Positions 24,388 through 35,300 of a DNA stretch of 64,000 nucleotides are shown here, piece by piece; within the stretch, counting starts at the first letter, position 1, and each line of letters begins with the position of its first letter. Where the stretch lies: the NCBI GenBank assembly GCA_964035575.1, contig OZ037839.1, positions 1,054,001 to 1,118,000 of the forward strand. Direction: 5' to 3'. This DNA comes from Rhynchopus sp. YZ270_cl-10 (lineage: Eukaryota). The notes below the pieces were generated by a model. The model worked only from the letters and a program-made list of their open reading frames with translations. It was not told the DNA's origin and searched no databases. Both the position numbers and the translations under genes were made by a program.

Positions 24388-25893
24388 TCAAAACCCTTCT
24401 CTCTCTTGTCCTGCTTTCAATGCAATACATTGTCTTGCACTTCCAGACACGTCTGTTCGTACTGCCTCAAAAGCTTCTATCCGCACACCTCCGAACTGTT
24501 TCGTAAACCTTTCGTAAATCCCCCTCGCAAACCAATAGGCGTCACCCTTGTATGTGCTCATTCTTGGGTCTCCATTCGGGAGAGACAACATCTCGTCAAT
24601 GTCGATGTTGCCTGGCAAGACGACTGTTGTGAGTGCGTTGCAGTTGAGCAGGAAGTCATTCTGGATCTCTGTGTCCCTGCCAAAACCTGACATGTCCAGC
24701 GTCGTCAAGGATGTGCAATCTCGCAGGAAATTTGCATCAATCTGCGTAACGTTGCTCATTCCTGATAAGTCTGCTGTTGTCAACGTGTAGCAGTCTTGCA
24801 GCCAGTTTTGCTCAATGTGTATGATGCTGCGCAACACTGATATATCAACTGTTTTCAATGATGTGCAGTCAAAAAGAAACCCTGACCCAATGGCTGCGAC
24901 ATTGCCAAAAGCTGACAGGTCGATACTTGCCAGCGAGGTGCAGCTCTTAAGAAAGCGGTGTCCTACCTTCACAACTTTGTGCAGTGCTGTCAAGTCAATC
25001 GTTTCCAACGAGGTGCAGCACGAACAAAACTGGTTCCCAATTTCCGTCACATTCGTCATCCCTGAAAAGCTGATGGTGGTCAACGACGAGCAGTTGAAGA
25101 GAAATTGGGAATCGATCTTCGTGACACTGCAAAAAGCTGACAAATCAATGGTTGCCAACGAGGTGCAGTTCCGGAGGAAGCCGTCCTCAATGTGCGTGAT
25201 TCTGCGCCATCCTGAGATGTCAAGACTTTCCAACGACTCGCATTGGGAAAGAAAGTATGTACCAACCTTCGTCACACTCGTCATATGGGATAAGTCAAGA
25301 TTTGTGACGCCACTTCCTCCTAGGAACGACTCCCCTATCACCGTCACACCAGTGAACCCTGACACGTCAAGGCTTGTCAACGATGTGCAGTAAGAGAGAC
25401 AGTCATCCTCAATGTGCGTAACGTTGCACAATCCCGACAAGTCAACGGTTGTAACCGACCTACACTCGGAGAGGAAGTAGCTCTCAATTCGTGTCACACC
25501 AGACACAGCAGAGAGATCAAGTCTCGTAAACGATGCTTGGTACAAGAACAGCTCCGGAATAACAGTCGCAACCTCCGCCTGAAGAAGCAGAGAAGCCACC
25601 TCAGGATCCTCCACAGTCACCAACCTCGCTTCGGAAATGTCTGTCTCACCCAAGGCACGAAGTTCCTCAACAGATTGGTACTTGGTAGTTTTCGTCAACA
25701 CGACTGTGTCTCCAGCACTCAGTTCTGTGATGTCCTCTCCTTCCTCCTTCCCTCCGAAGCCCATGCGGAAGCTGTCTTCGCACAACCCTGTTGCAGACGC
25801 CACCTTCTGCCGCATCGTCTCCGTTGTGTCGTTCTCACCCACCTCAATCACGTATTTGGTTTCATCATCGTATCCCTGCACACACAGTTCCAT
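24388..25893 (-). CDS. Ubiquitin-like domain + BspA-type LRR protein (copy 3, intact)
   Basis: Open frame collinear with paralogs; shorter tail ending QEREGF. Confidence 0.9.
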   Translation of the reverse strand: MELCVQGYDDETKYVIEVGENDTTETMRQKVASATGLCEDSFRMGFGGKEEGEDITELSAGDTVVLTKTTKYQSVEELRALGETDISEARLVTVEDPEVASLLLQAEVATVIPELFLYQASFTRLDLSAVSGVTRIESYFLSECRSVTTVDLSGLCNVTHIEDDCLSYCTSLTSLDVSGFTGVTVIGESFLGGSGVTNLDLSHMTSVTKVGTYFLSQCESLESLDISGWRRITHIEDGFLRNCTSLATIDLSAFCSVTKIDSQFLFNCSSLTTISFSGMTNVTEIGNQFCSCCTSLETIDLTALHKVVKVGHRFLKSCTSLASIDLSAFGNVAAIGSGFLFDCTSLKTVDISVLRSIIHIEQNWLQDCYTLTTADLSGMSNVTQIDANFLRDCTSLTTLDMSGFGRDTEIQNDFLLNCNALTTVVLPGNIDIDEMLSLPNGDPRMSTYKGDAYWFARGIYERFTKQFGGVRIEAFEAVRTDVSGSARQCIALKAGQEREGF

Positions 25894-26226
25894 TGTTTCG
25901 AGTGAAGTGTTGCTCTGTTGTGGGGTGGTGTTGAGAAGGAGGAGGAGGGAGACAAAGTACAACAAAATAGCTTTCTTGTTTGTTTTCACTTATCCTCACC
26001 CTGACACATATGTGGAGTAGAAAAGACTTTGGGCTGACAGGTTGTTCATAAAAAGTGGTGGGGACACTCCGGTTTGTCAGAGTTGTGCACCAAACCTGCC
26101 AAATGTTTTACCCCAGTTCAAAAGTGTATCCCAAAAATGAAGTTCAATACGTTCACCGAAGTGTTCTTCACACAAATCACCAAACCCCCCAAACCCCTCT
26201 GTTCATCCAGCTTGTCCTGCGCCTGT

Positions 26227-27294
26227 TTATGCTGCCCCCAACTCTCCAAATCCTCTTTTTGTTCCTCTTTTTTGTCCTCTTGTGCTTGCATCAATCCCTT
26301 CTCTCTCTTGTCCTGCTTTCAATGCAATACATTGTCTTGCACTTCCAGACACGTCTGTTTGTACTGCCTCAAAAGCTTCTATCCGCACACCTCTGAACTG
26401 TTCCGCAAACCTTGCGTAAATCTCACGCACACGTACATAGAAGGCCTCCTTGTAGGTGCTCATTCTTGGGTCTCCATTCGGGAGAGACAACATCTCGTCA
26501 ATGTCGATGTTGCCTGGCAAGACGACTGTTGTGAGTGCGTTGCAGTTGATCAGGAAGTTGCGCTGCTGGATCTCTGTGTCCCTGCCAAAACCTGACATGT
26601 CCAGCGTGGTCAAGGATGTGCAATCTTGCAGGAAACAACTATCAATCAGCGTAACATTGCTCATTCCTGAGAAGTTTGCTGTTGTCAACGCGGAACACCC
26701 TTGCAGCCAGTTTTGCTCAATGTGTATGATGCTGCGCAACACTGATAAATCAACTGTTTTCAATGATGTGCACTTCCTAAGAAACTCTGACTCAATAAAT
26801 GCGACATTGCCAAAAGCTGAGAGGTCGATACTCTCCAGCGAGGTGCAGCTCTCAAGAAAGCCGTACTTTACCTTCACAACCCTGTGCAGTGCTGTCAAGT
26901 CAATCGTTTTCAACGAGGTGCAGGACGAACAAAACTGGTTCCCAATTTTCGTCACACTCGTCATCTCGGATAAGTCAAGATTTGTGACGCCACTTTGTGC
27001 GAGGAACGAGCTCCCTATCACCGTCACACCAGTGAACCCTGACACGTCAAGGCAGAGAGACAGCCATCCCCGATGTGCGTAACGTTGCACAATCCCGACA
27101 AGTCAACGGTTTCCACTGACCCACACCCGCGGAGGAAGTAGCGCTCAATTCGTGTCACACCAGACACAGCAGAGAGATCAAGTCTCGTAAACGATGCTTG
27201 CGCCAAGAAGTAGTCCGGAATAACAGTCGCAACCTCCGCCTGAAGAAGCAGAGAAGCCACCTCAGGATCCTTCACAGTCGCCAACCTCGCTTCG
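26227..27294 (-). pseudogene. Ubiquitin-like/LRR gene copy 4, 3' half (split by element C; frameshifting deletion near 27053)
   Basis: LRR homology spread over two frames (ORFs 26227-27090 and 27024-27284); about 19 nt missing relative to paralogs. Confidence 0.88.
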
Positions 27295-27654
27295 GTAAAC
27301 GTTTTTTAAAAATAGGATGGAGCACCCCGGTCCGAAAAGGAATGCAGCCACCCCTGGCTTCAGGCTCGCGAACCCAGTATTGCAGTAACACTGGGTCTCA
27401 CGGGCCAAAAACCGAACAAAGAAAAGTAAAATGTTTGGGTTCAGCGACAGCGCCAATGGGCTGACGCGAGGCTGAACCAACTTAAAATAAAATAAAAAAA
27501 TCTTGTATCAACTTGAAAAGGAAAAGCAATGAACAGCAACAGAGCCATTTGGGCTTACGCGTCGCTATAGTAACTGAAAAACAATGTTCTAAAAACAAGA
27601 ATGTCGTTGACCAAGATTGAAATACACGAAAAAGGTAAAATACTAAGAATTGCC

Positions 27655-30345
27655 TCATATTCCATGGGCATCGTTTCTGATGTTGTAGTTTGTCTGCTGA
27701 GTGATCACGCGCCCCCCCTACTAGGGAGGTCTTAGGTTCATGCTTCGGCTAGCACGTAAAAGCTACCATGTCGTCGAAGTTAGCGGTCCTCGTATTCCAT
27801 GAGGTCTTTCAGATGTTGTTGTTTGTCTGCTGAGTGATCACGCGCCCCCCCTACTAGGGAGGTCTTAGGTTCAGGCTTCGGCTTGCACGTAAAAGCTACC
27901 ATGTCGTCGAAGTTAGCGGTCCTCGTATTCCATGAGGTCTTTCAGATGTTGTTGTTTGTCTGCTGAGTGATCACGCGCCCCCCCTACTAGGGAGGTCTTA
28001 GGTTCAGGCTTCGGCTAGCACGTAAAAGCTACCATGTCGTCGAAGTTAGCGGTCCTCGTATTCCATGAGGCATTTCTGATGATGTAGTTTGTCTGCTGAG
28101 TGATCACGCGCCCCCCCTACTAGGGAGGTCTTAGGTTCATGCTTCGGCTTGCACGTAAAAGCTACCATGTCGTCGAAGTTAGCGGTCCTCGTATTCCATG
28201 AGGTCTTTCAGATGTTGTTGTTTGACTGCTGAGTGATCACGCGCCCCCCCTACTAGGGAGGTCTTAGGTTCAGGCTTCGGCTTGCACGTAAAGAACTACC
28301 ATGTAGTCGAAGTTAGCGGTCCTCGTATTCCATGAGGCATTTCTGATGATGTAGTTTGTCTGCTGAGTGATCACGCGCCCCCCCTACTAGGGAGGTCTTA
28401 GGTTCATGCTTCGGCTTGCACGTAAAGAACTACCATGTCGCCGAAGTTAGCGGTCCTCGTATTCCATGAGGTCTTTCAGATGTTGTTGTTTGTCTGCTGA
28501 GTGATCACGCGCCCCCCCTACTAGGGAGGTCTTAGGTTCGGGCTTCGGCTTGCACGTAAAAGCTACCATGTCGTCGAAGTTAGCGGTCCTCGTATTCCAT
28601 GAGGCATTTCTGATGATGTAGTTTGTCTGCTGAGTGATCACGCGCCCCCCCTACTAGGGAGGTCTTAGGTTCATGCTTCGGCTTGCACGTAAAGAACTAC
28701 CATGTCGCCGAAGTTAGCGGTCCTCGTATTCCATGAGGCATTTCTGATGATGTAGTTTGTCTGCTGAGTGATCACGCGCCCCCCCTACTAGGGAGGTCTT
28801 AGGTTCGGGCTTCGGCTTGCACGTAAAAGCTACCATGTCGTCGAAGTTAGCGGTCCTCGTATTCCATGAGGCATTTCTGATGATGTAGTTTGTCTGCTGA
28901 GTGATCACGCGCCCCCCCTACTAGGGAGGTCTTAGGTTCATGCTTCGGCTTGCACGTAAAGAACTACCATGTCGCCGAAGTTAGCGGTCCTCGTATTCCA
29001 TGAGGTCTTTCAGATGTTGTTGTTTGACTGCTGAGTGATCACGCGCCCCCCCTACTAGGGAGGTCTTAGGTTCGGGCTTCGGCTTGCACGTAAAAGCTAC
29101 CATGTCGCCGAAGTTAGCGGTCCTCGTATTCCATGAGGTCTTTCAGATGTTGTTGTTTGACTGCTGAGTGATCACGCGCCCCCCCTACTAGGGAGGTCTT
29201 AGGTTCATGCTTCGGCTAGCACGTAAAAGCTACCATGTCGTCGAAGTTAGCGGTCCTCGTATTCCATGAGGTCTTTCAGATGTTGTTGTTTGTCTGCTGA
29301 GTGATCACGCGCCCCCCCTACTAGGGAGGTCTTAGGTTCATGCTTCGGCTTGCACGTAAAAGCTACCATGTCGCCGAAGTTAGCGGTCCTCGTATTCCAT
29401 GAGGCATTTCTGATGATGTAGTTTGTCTGCTGAGTGATCACGCGCCCCCCCTACTAGGGAGGTCTTAGGTTCATGCTTCGGCTTGCACGTAAAAGCTACC
29501 ATGTCGTCGAAGCTAGCGGTCCTCGTATTCCATGAGGCATTTCTGATGATGTAGTTTGTCTGCTGAGTGATCACGCGCCCCCCCTACTAGGGAGGTCTTA
29601 GGTTCATGCTTCGGCTTGCACGTAAAAGCTACCATGTCGCCGAAGTTAGCGGTCCTCGTATTCCATGAGGCATTTCTGATGATGTAGTTTGTCTGCTGAG
29701 TGATCACGCGCCCCCCCTACTAGGGAGGTCTTAGGTTCATGCTTCGGCTTGCACGTAAAAGCTACCATGTCGCCGAAGTTAGCGGTCCTCGTATTCCATG
29801 AGGCATTTCTGATGATGTAGTTTGTCTGCTGAGTGATCACGCGCCCCCCCTACTAGGGAGGTCTTAGGTTCGGGCTTCGGCTTGCACGTAAAAGCTACCA
29901 TGTCGTCGAAGTTAGCGGTCCTCGTATTCCATGAGGTCTTTCAGATGTTGTTGTTTGACTGCTGAGTGATCACGCGCCCCCCCTACTAGGGAGGTCTTAG
30001 GTTCATGCTTCGGCTTGCACGTAAAAGCTACCATGTCGTCGAAGTTAGCGGTCCTCGTATTCCATGAGGCATTTCTGATGATGTAGTTTGTCTGCTGAGT
30101 GATCACGCGCCCCCCCTACTAGGGAGGTCTTAGGTTCATGCTTCGGCTTGCACGTAAAAGCTACCATGTCGTCGAAGTTAGCGGTCCTCGTATTCCATGA
30201 GGTCTTTCAGATGTTGTTGTTTGACTGCTGAGTGATCACGCGCCCCCCCTACTAGGGAGGTCTTGGGTTCAGGCTTCGGCTAGCACGTAAAAAGCTACCA
30301 TGTCGCGAAGTTAGCGGTCCTCGTATTCCATGAGGCACTTCAGAT
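27655..30345. repeat. About 133-bp tandem repeat (about 20 units) in retroelement C
   Basis: Same unit as 17385-19800 with a different order of variants. Confidence 0.96.
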
Positions 30346-30367
30346 GTTGTTCTTCTTTTTCTTCTTG

Positions 30368-30435
30368 TTCCGAGTCTTTGCCGCAGTCCACTGCGTTGCC
30401 CGGGGTCACCTCGTGGAGGTGCTCGGTAAAACCCC
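30368..30435 (-). ncRNA. Predicted HDV-like ribozyme at the 5' end of element C
   Basis: Same sequence as 19823-19890; abuts the TSD with one extra G. Confidence 0.8.
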
Positions 30436-30436
30436 C

Positions 30437-30714
30437 GTCGCCAACCTCGCTTCGGAAATGTCTGTCTCACCCAAGGCACGAAGTTCCTCAACAGATTGGT
30501 ACTTGGTAGTTTTCGCCAACACGACTGTGTCTCCAGCACTCAGTTCTGTGATGTCCTCTCCTTCCTCCTTCCCTCCGAAGCCCATGCGGAAGCTGTCTTC
30601 GCACAACCCTGTTGCAGACGCCACCTTCTGCCGCATCGTCTCCGTTGTGTCGTTCTCACCCACCTCAATCACGAATTTGTTTTCATCATCATATCCCTGC
30701 ACACACAGTTCCAT
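30437..30714 (-). pseudogene. Ubiquitin-like/LRR gene copy 4, 5' half
   Basis: MELCVQGY...EARLAT, then element C. Confidence 0.9.
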
Positions 30715-31866
30715 TGTTTCGAGTGACGTGTTGCTCTGTTGTGGGTCGGTGTTGAGAAGGAGGAGGAGGGGAGGTACATTTTGTACTTTCTTCTGTATCT
30801 CCGTTATTGTGTTGTCGTGCAGCGAGCACATCCTCACGACAGAGCTAAGCATTGCTCCCGACACAAAACCCACAGGTTCGGGCTCTCGTGGTTGGTCACA
30901 TCCACATCACAACCGTTGTCGGCACAGCATCGGCACCAATCAAAACTGTGCGGTATAAAAATAAAGGAAGGAAAATTTCTGGTAATTTCAAAAACTGTAA
31001 AAAGGTGCAGGGGGTGACTTTTTTCTTTTGTTTGTCTTTTGATAAATAAATTTGAGGGGAGAAAATAAGAATTGAGGTGGGCATGACCTGAGACAGGAGA
31101 TGGCACCTCGAGGAAGGCATCCGTTTGTCATGTGAGCATCTGCATTTGATGGAAAACAAGCACAATGTGAAACCACCAAAAAGGTTAAGATATTAGATGC
31201 TCCGCAACTGCGGGGAAAAGGATTGGCATGCAAGGGCATGTCCAACATTGGGTCTGAAGAAAACTGAAGAAAAGAAAGAAAAAGGGAGAAGGAGAAATGA
31301 GGAACTTCCCGGGAGGGGTTTATTTGAAAAGAAAGATAAAGTTGAAATTTTAATGTGTCTTCCCGGGAGGGGGAGGAAGGGGAGGAAGGGAAGGGGGGAG
31401 AGATAAGAGGTAAGGGATCGAGGCGATGTGTCTCCACACAGCGCCTGAGCAACCTTTTTGAATGCTGCTGATCCAATGAGTGAGGCCTTGTTTTTCCTTC
31501 CTTCAAAACTTCACACACAAAAGAAAAGAAAAGAAAAGAAAAGGGGGAAAACGCAATAAAAAGTATATGAAGTAATTTTTCTATTCTACTGAATAGAAAG
31601 CATAAGAGGGTGCACTAAATGTACCCAAACTCACAAAAAAATTGAAAAAAAAGGAGCAAAAGAAAGTGAAGTTATTAATGCAGGCACCTCCGACTGACCC
31701 ACGTACGATGCCAGCCATCCGGATGAAAGCACAAGTACCCTGCGGCCAACAACAGAAGATGTAAAAGGAAACCTAATGACTGGCCCGTACCGTAAGAGAA
31801 CGAGGGCGGTTCACAACCGCTCGACAGCCGGCGGCCCACCTTCCGTTGAAGAGTTGTGAGCTTACA

Positions 31867-32041
31867 GAAAAGAAAAGAAAAGAAAAGAAAAGAAAAGAAA
31901 AGAAAAGAAAAGAAAAGAAAAGAAAAGAAAAGAAAAGAAAAGAAAAGAAAAGAAAAGAAAAGAAAAGAAAAGAAAAGAAAAGAAAAGAAAAGAAAAGAAA
32001 AGAAAAGAAAAGAAAAGAAAAGAAAAGAAAAGAAAAGAAAA
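31867..32041. repeat. (GAAAA)n microsatellite
   Basis: Pure tandem array. Confidence 0.97.
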
Positions 32042-32367
32042 GACAAAGAAAGCGGTTTCTTGCGACCCCTTTCTTGAAAAAGGAAAAAGGAAAAGACGAA
32101 TAAATGGACGCGTTTTGAATGTCTACAAGCACCTGTTTATTTAAAACCAAAACAGATTCTGTACATTGAACGCTGCGTGTTGCTTTTATTTTGAAAAATA
32201 AAAAAGAAAAGAACATTGTTGTATTAGTGAGACAACCGAGATGTATACCTAAATCTCATCCCAAGGCTATTGCACTTAAAGGTTTGTCTGCAATCCTTGA
32301 CTCAACGTTTTATGTATTTTCACCCACCTCTATTTATTTGACATGTGTTTCAAAGCAAATGGTCGCA

Positions 32368-35300
32368 TCAGCACGACCCCACTTTGTCCTGCACTTCAAG
32401 AGAGAGGTCGCTGTGCGGGCTGGTGCACGACATCAGCGCCACGACTGCTGTTGAAGGGTCCACTCCTACGCACCATTCACCTACCTGCATGTGCAGAAAC
32501 TCGGCAGTGGCACCGCCCATGTCTTTGCGCCCTCCCTCTGCCAGCACTATCTTGGCGCCTGCGTCGTCACCACCCACACAGGCAAGACGCCCACCGTCAC
32601 CCACACCCAGATGACAGCCACCACTGCTGAAACCCCACACATCGCCATGCTTCATGCACCACACTGCGTGCACCACGCTGTCTTCCAGCTCGAGGTAGCC
32701 CCCAGAACGGAAGGCCACACGCACCGGTGTGTTCGCACTGGCATCCCCAAGACGCAGCTGCGGTACAGAGGCGGCCACGGCCCCCGACATGCCAATGACA
32801 ATCGTCTGTGTCTGCGAGACGGACGGAACCTCGCTGCAGCCAGGCAGGCGCAGCGATGCAGTCCATGTCCTCTCCAAGACCCAGAACGCTCCCACCCCTT
32901 GCCGCACTGTGCTGTCTGTGTAGCTGATGTCCACACCATTGCCGCAAGGGGAGTATGCACCAGCCTGCCCAGCAACACGGGGCGAAACGTCCTCCGTAAG
33001 AGACGCCGCAGTGTACAGGCCAGGGACCTGCACAAAGACAGGCGCAGTGTGCGTGCGGTACAGCGTCGTCGTCAGCGGAACACCCTCCTCACCGCAGGCA
33101 TCCACACCGCGCCACGTGACCTGCTCCTTCGCAGCATAGCGGCAGGTGTCGAAGCTGTCGGCCATCTCAATCCCCGCAAGAAACACAAAGGCGTCCTTGC
33201 CACGGCAGTGTTTGTCAATGTATTCGAACTGTGGCTTCTGTGCGTCCAAAGCCTCATCAACATCTGTGCACTCACTGATGGAAACGGGGTTGGTGTGTGC
33301 GAGGACAGGTGGTGTCAGGACAGGGAAGAAGTTGTCAGTATCAGCATCAGCATCATCACCATCAACATCACCATCACCATCATCTGTTACGTTCGCCGCC
33401 AGAAGGGTTGCGTCCCGTCCAAGCGCAGCCTCGCTGTGGCTGCTGATGTGGTGACGGACAAGCGTGACCTCCTCCCCGACGTATTCCTGCAGCTTTTGCA
33501 TCGCCTCGGAGATCTCACGTTGGATCCGCGAGCGTTCGGAGCTGGACATCTCACCGCTGTTGCCTTCATGGTTGGACACGAAGGTTGCGGCGTGCTTGGC
33601 GAGCCCTGCTGTGCCCGACGTGCTGCTTGCGTGCAGTGAATCCTCGGAGCTGAGATCAAGCTTCACACTGGAGTGCATCGCTTGCCCATGCTCAATCCCA
33701 TTCGAGGTCAGCTTCGGCAACGTCACCTTTGCGGGAAACTCTACAGGCATCGTCGCGTGCATAGGGAAGTCTGCCACGTACGGCTCCACGACAGGGTCGG
33801 GCAGGGTTGCACCCTTCACAAAGTCGTGCAGCCCTTTGTTGCGTGCCTGCGACGCCTTCAGGTGGCCCTGCAGGAGCTGTGCCTTGAGCGACTGCAGACG
33901 CACCTTCTGCGCATTGATCCCCACCTCCACCATGCACAGCTTGTCAGCATAGCGCGCACCGTTGTGGTAGTGGCACGATGTTGTGAAGAACAGAAAGTGG
34001 TGGCACGTCTTCGTCCGCACATACTGGTACCGACACCCATACTCATTCCGGTGGCTTTCTGTCACAATGTGCGACGACGACGTTGACCCAAAGGCAGAGT
34101 TCCACACCTGAGATATCGCATGGCCAATGTCCTTCAGAAGGTCCCCCAAAATCGGGATCTTCTCCAAAAAGTGCACCACATCCTCAAGACCGTGCACCAT
34201 AGCGTCAAACCCCTTCGCCAGGTACTTCAGCGCAGTCGCGAAGACGTGCTTCACTGCAGCGACAGCAACCTCCACACCCTTCTTCAGCCCGTCCCAGACC
34301 GCGACCGCCGCCTTCCCAATGGCTTCCACAGCAGCCTTCGCAACCTTGCCGATCTCCTTCGCCACGCCGCCGGGCTCGATTTTAACATGAAGATGGAACG
34401 ATGAGTCTGAAAAGGGGGTCGCAATCTGCGCAGTCCCTGACACATCTATTGCGATGAGTGCAAGGTCCGCAGACACATCGAAGGCGATGGTGTTCCCGGT
34501 GATGCGCAGCTCTGCCGCAATGGAGATGAGACGCAGCACCGAAATCTTCACTCCAAAGTCGACGGACGATGCCTTCTCGTCGTACGAAAAGTGCACATCC
34601 TTCACAACAATGATGTCCGCGAAGCTGATGTCCGAAAGCTCCGCCTTGAAGTACGTCAGGTCCCAGTTCCATTCGACAAGGGTCTTCGAGGTCAGCGCGC
34701 CATCAAACAGGTGCATATCAGTTTCGAACCGGAACGTCGATTTGTCAAGCGTCAGCTGCAGCTCCCCATACGAACGCAACACGGGAATCGAGAACGCACC
34801 ATAGACGCCGACCAAGATGTCCCCCTTCTTGCTGTCCGCAGCAACATGGAAGGTCGCACCACCCTTCACCTCCGACCCGTCCAAGTACTTCCCAATCTCA
34901 ATGATGCTTGTCGCCCCGATTTTAATGTCCACCTTATCCATCTCCGCCTTGATGTCAAAAGCAGACTCCGACACGCTTGCCTGGACACCAAATTTCCATC
35001 CAAAGAAGTCGATCTTACCCGAAAAGGCGATGCCGTTCGGGATCACCACGTCGCCGTCGCGGAAGCTAATCGTTTTCGCACTGCCTTCGCCGTTGAACGA
35101 CATGTACGCATAGCATGAGAGGTCTACTGATGCTGGTGGTGTGTCTGTGGCTGTGGCTGTCGTGGAGCACGCAGCGTCGGGGCTGAAGGGATATATCCCT
35201 GACTCGGCGAGGAAAGGTGCGTTACGTGCAATGTCAAGCTTTTTGACAAATGGCGAGTATTCACCGATGAGGCCAAAGATCTCCCCGACAGTGAGCTTGC

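Larger units (their letters stand above)
27295..30436 (-). mobile_element. Non-autonomous retroelement copy C (uninterrupted, about 3.1 kb)
   Basis: 18-bp TSD GTCGCCAACCTCGCTTCG at 27277-27294 and 30437-30454; 3' about 360 nt resembles the 3' UTR of copy A. Confidence 0.92.

Noticed and set aside
28070..28200. CTGATGA in the 133-bp unit as a hammerhead ribozyme core
   Set aside because: Present in only some units, antisense to the element, and I could not build the flanking stems with a GAAA.
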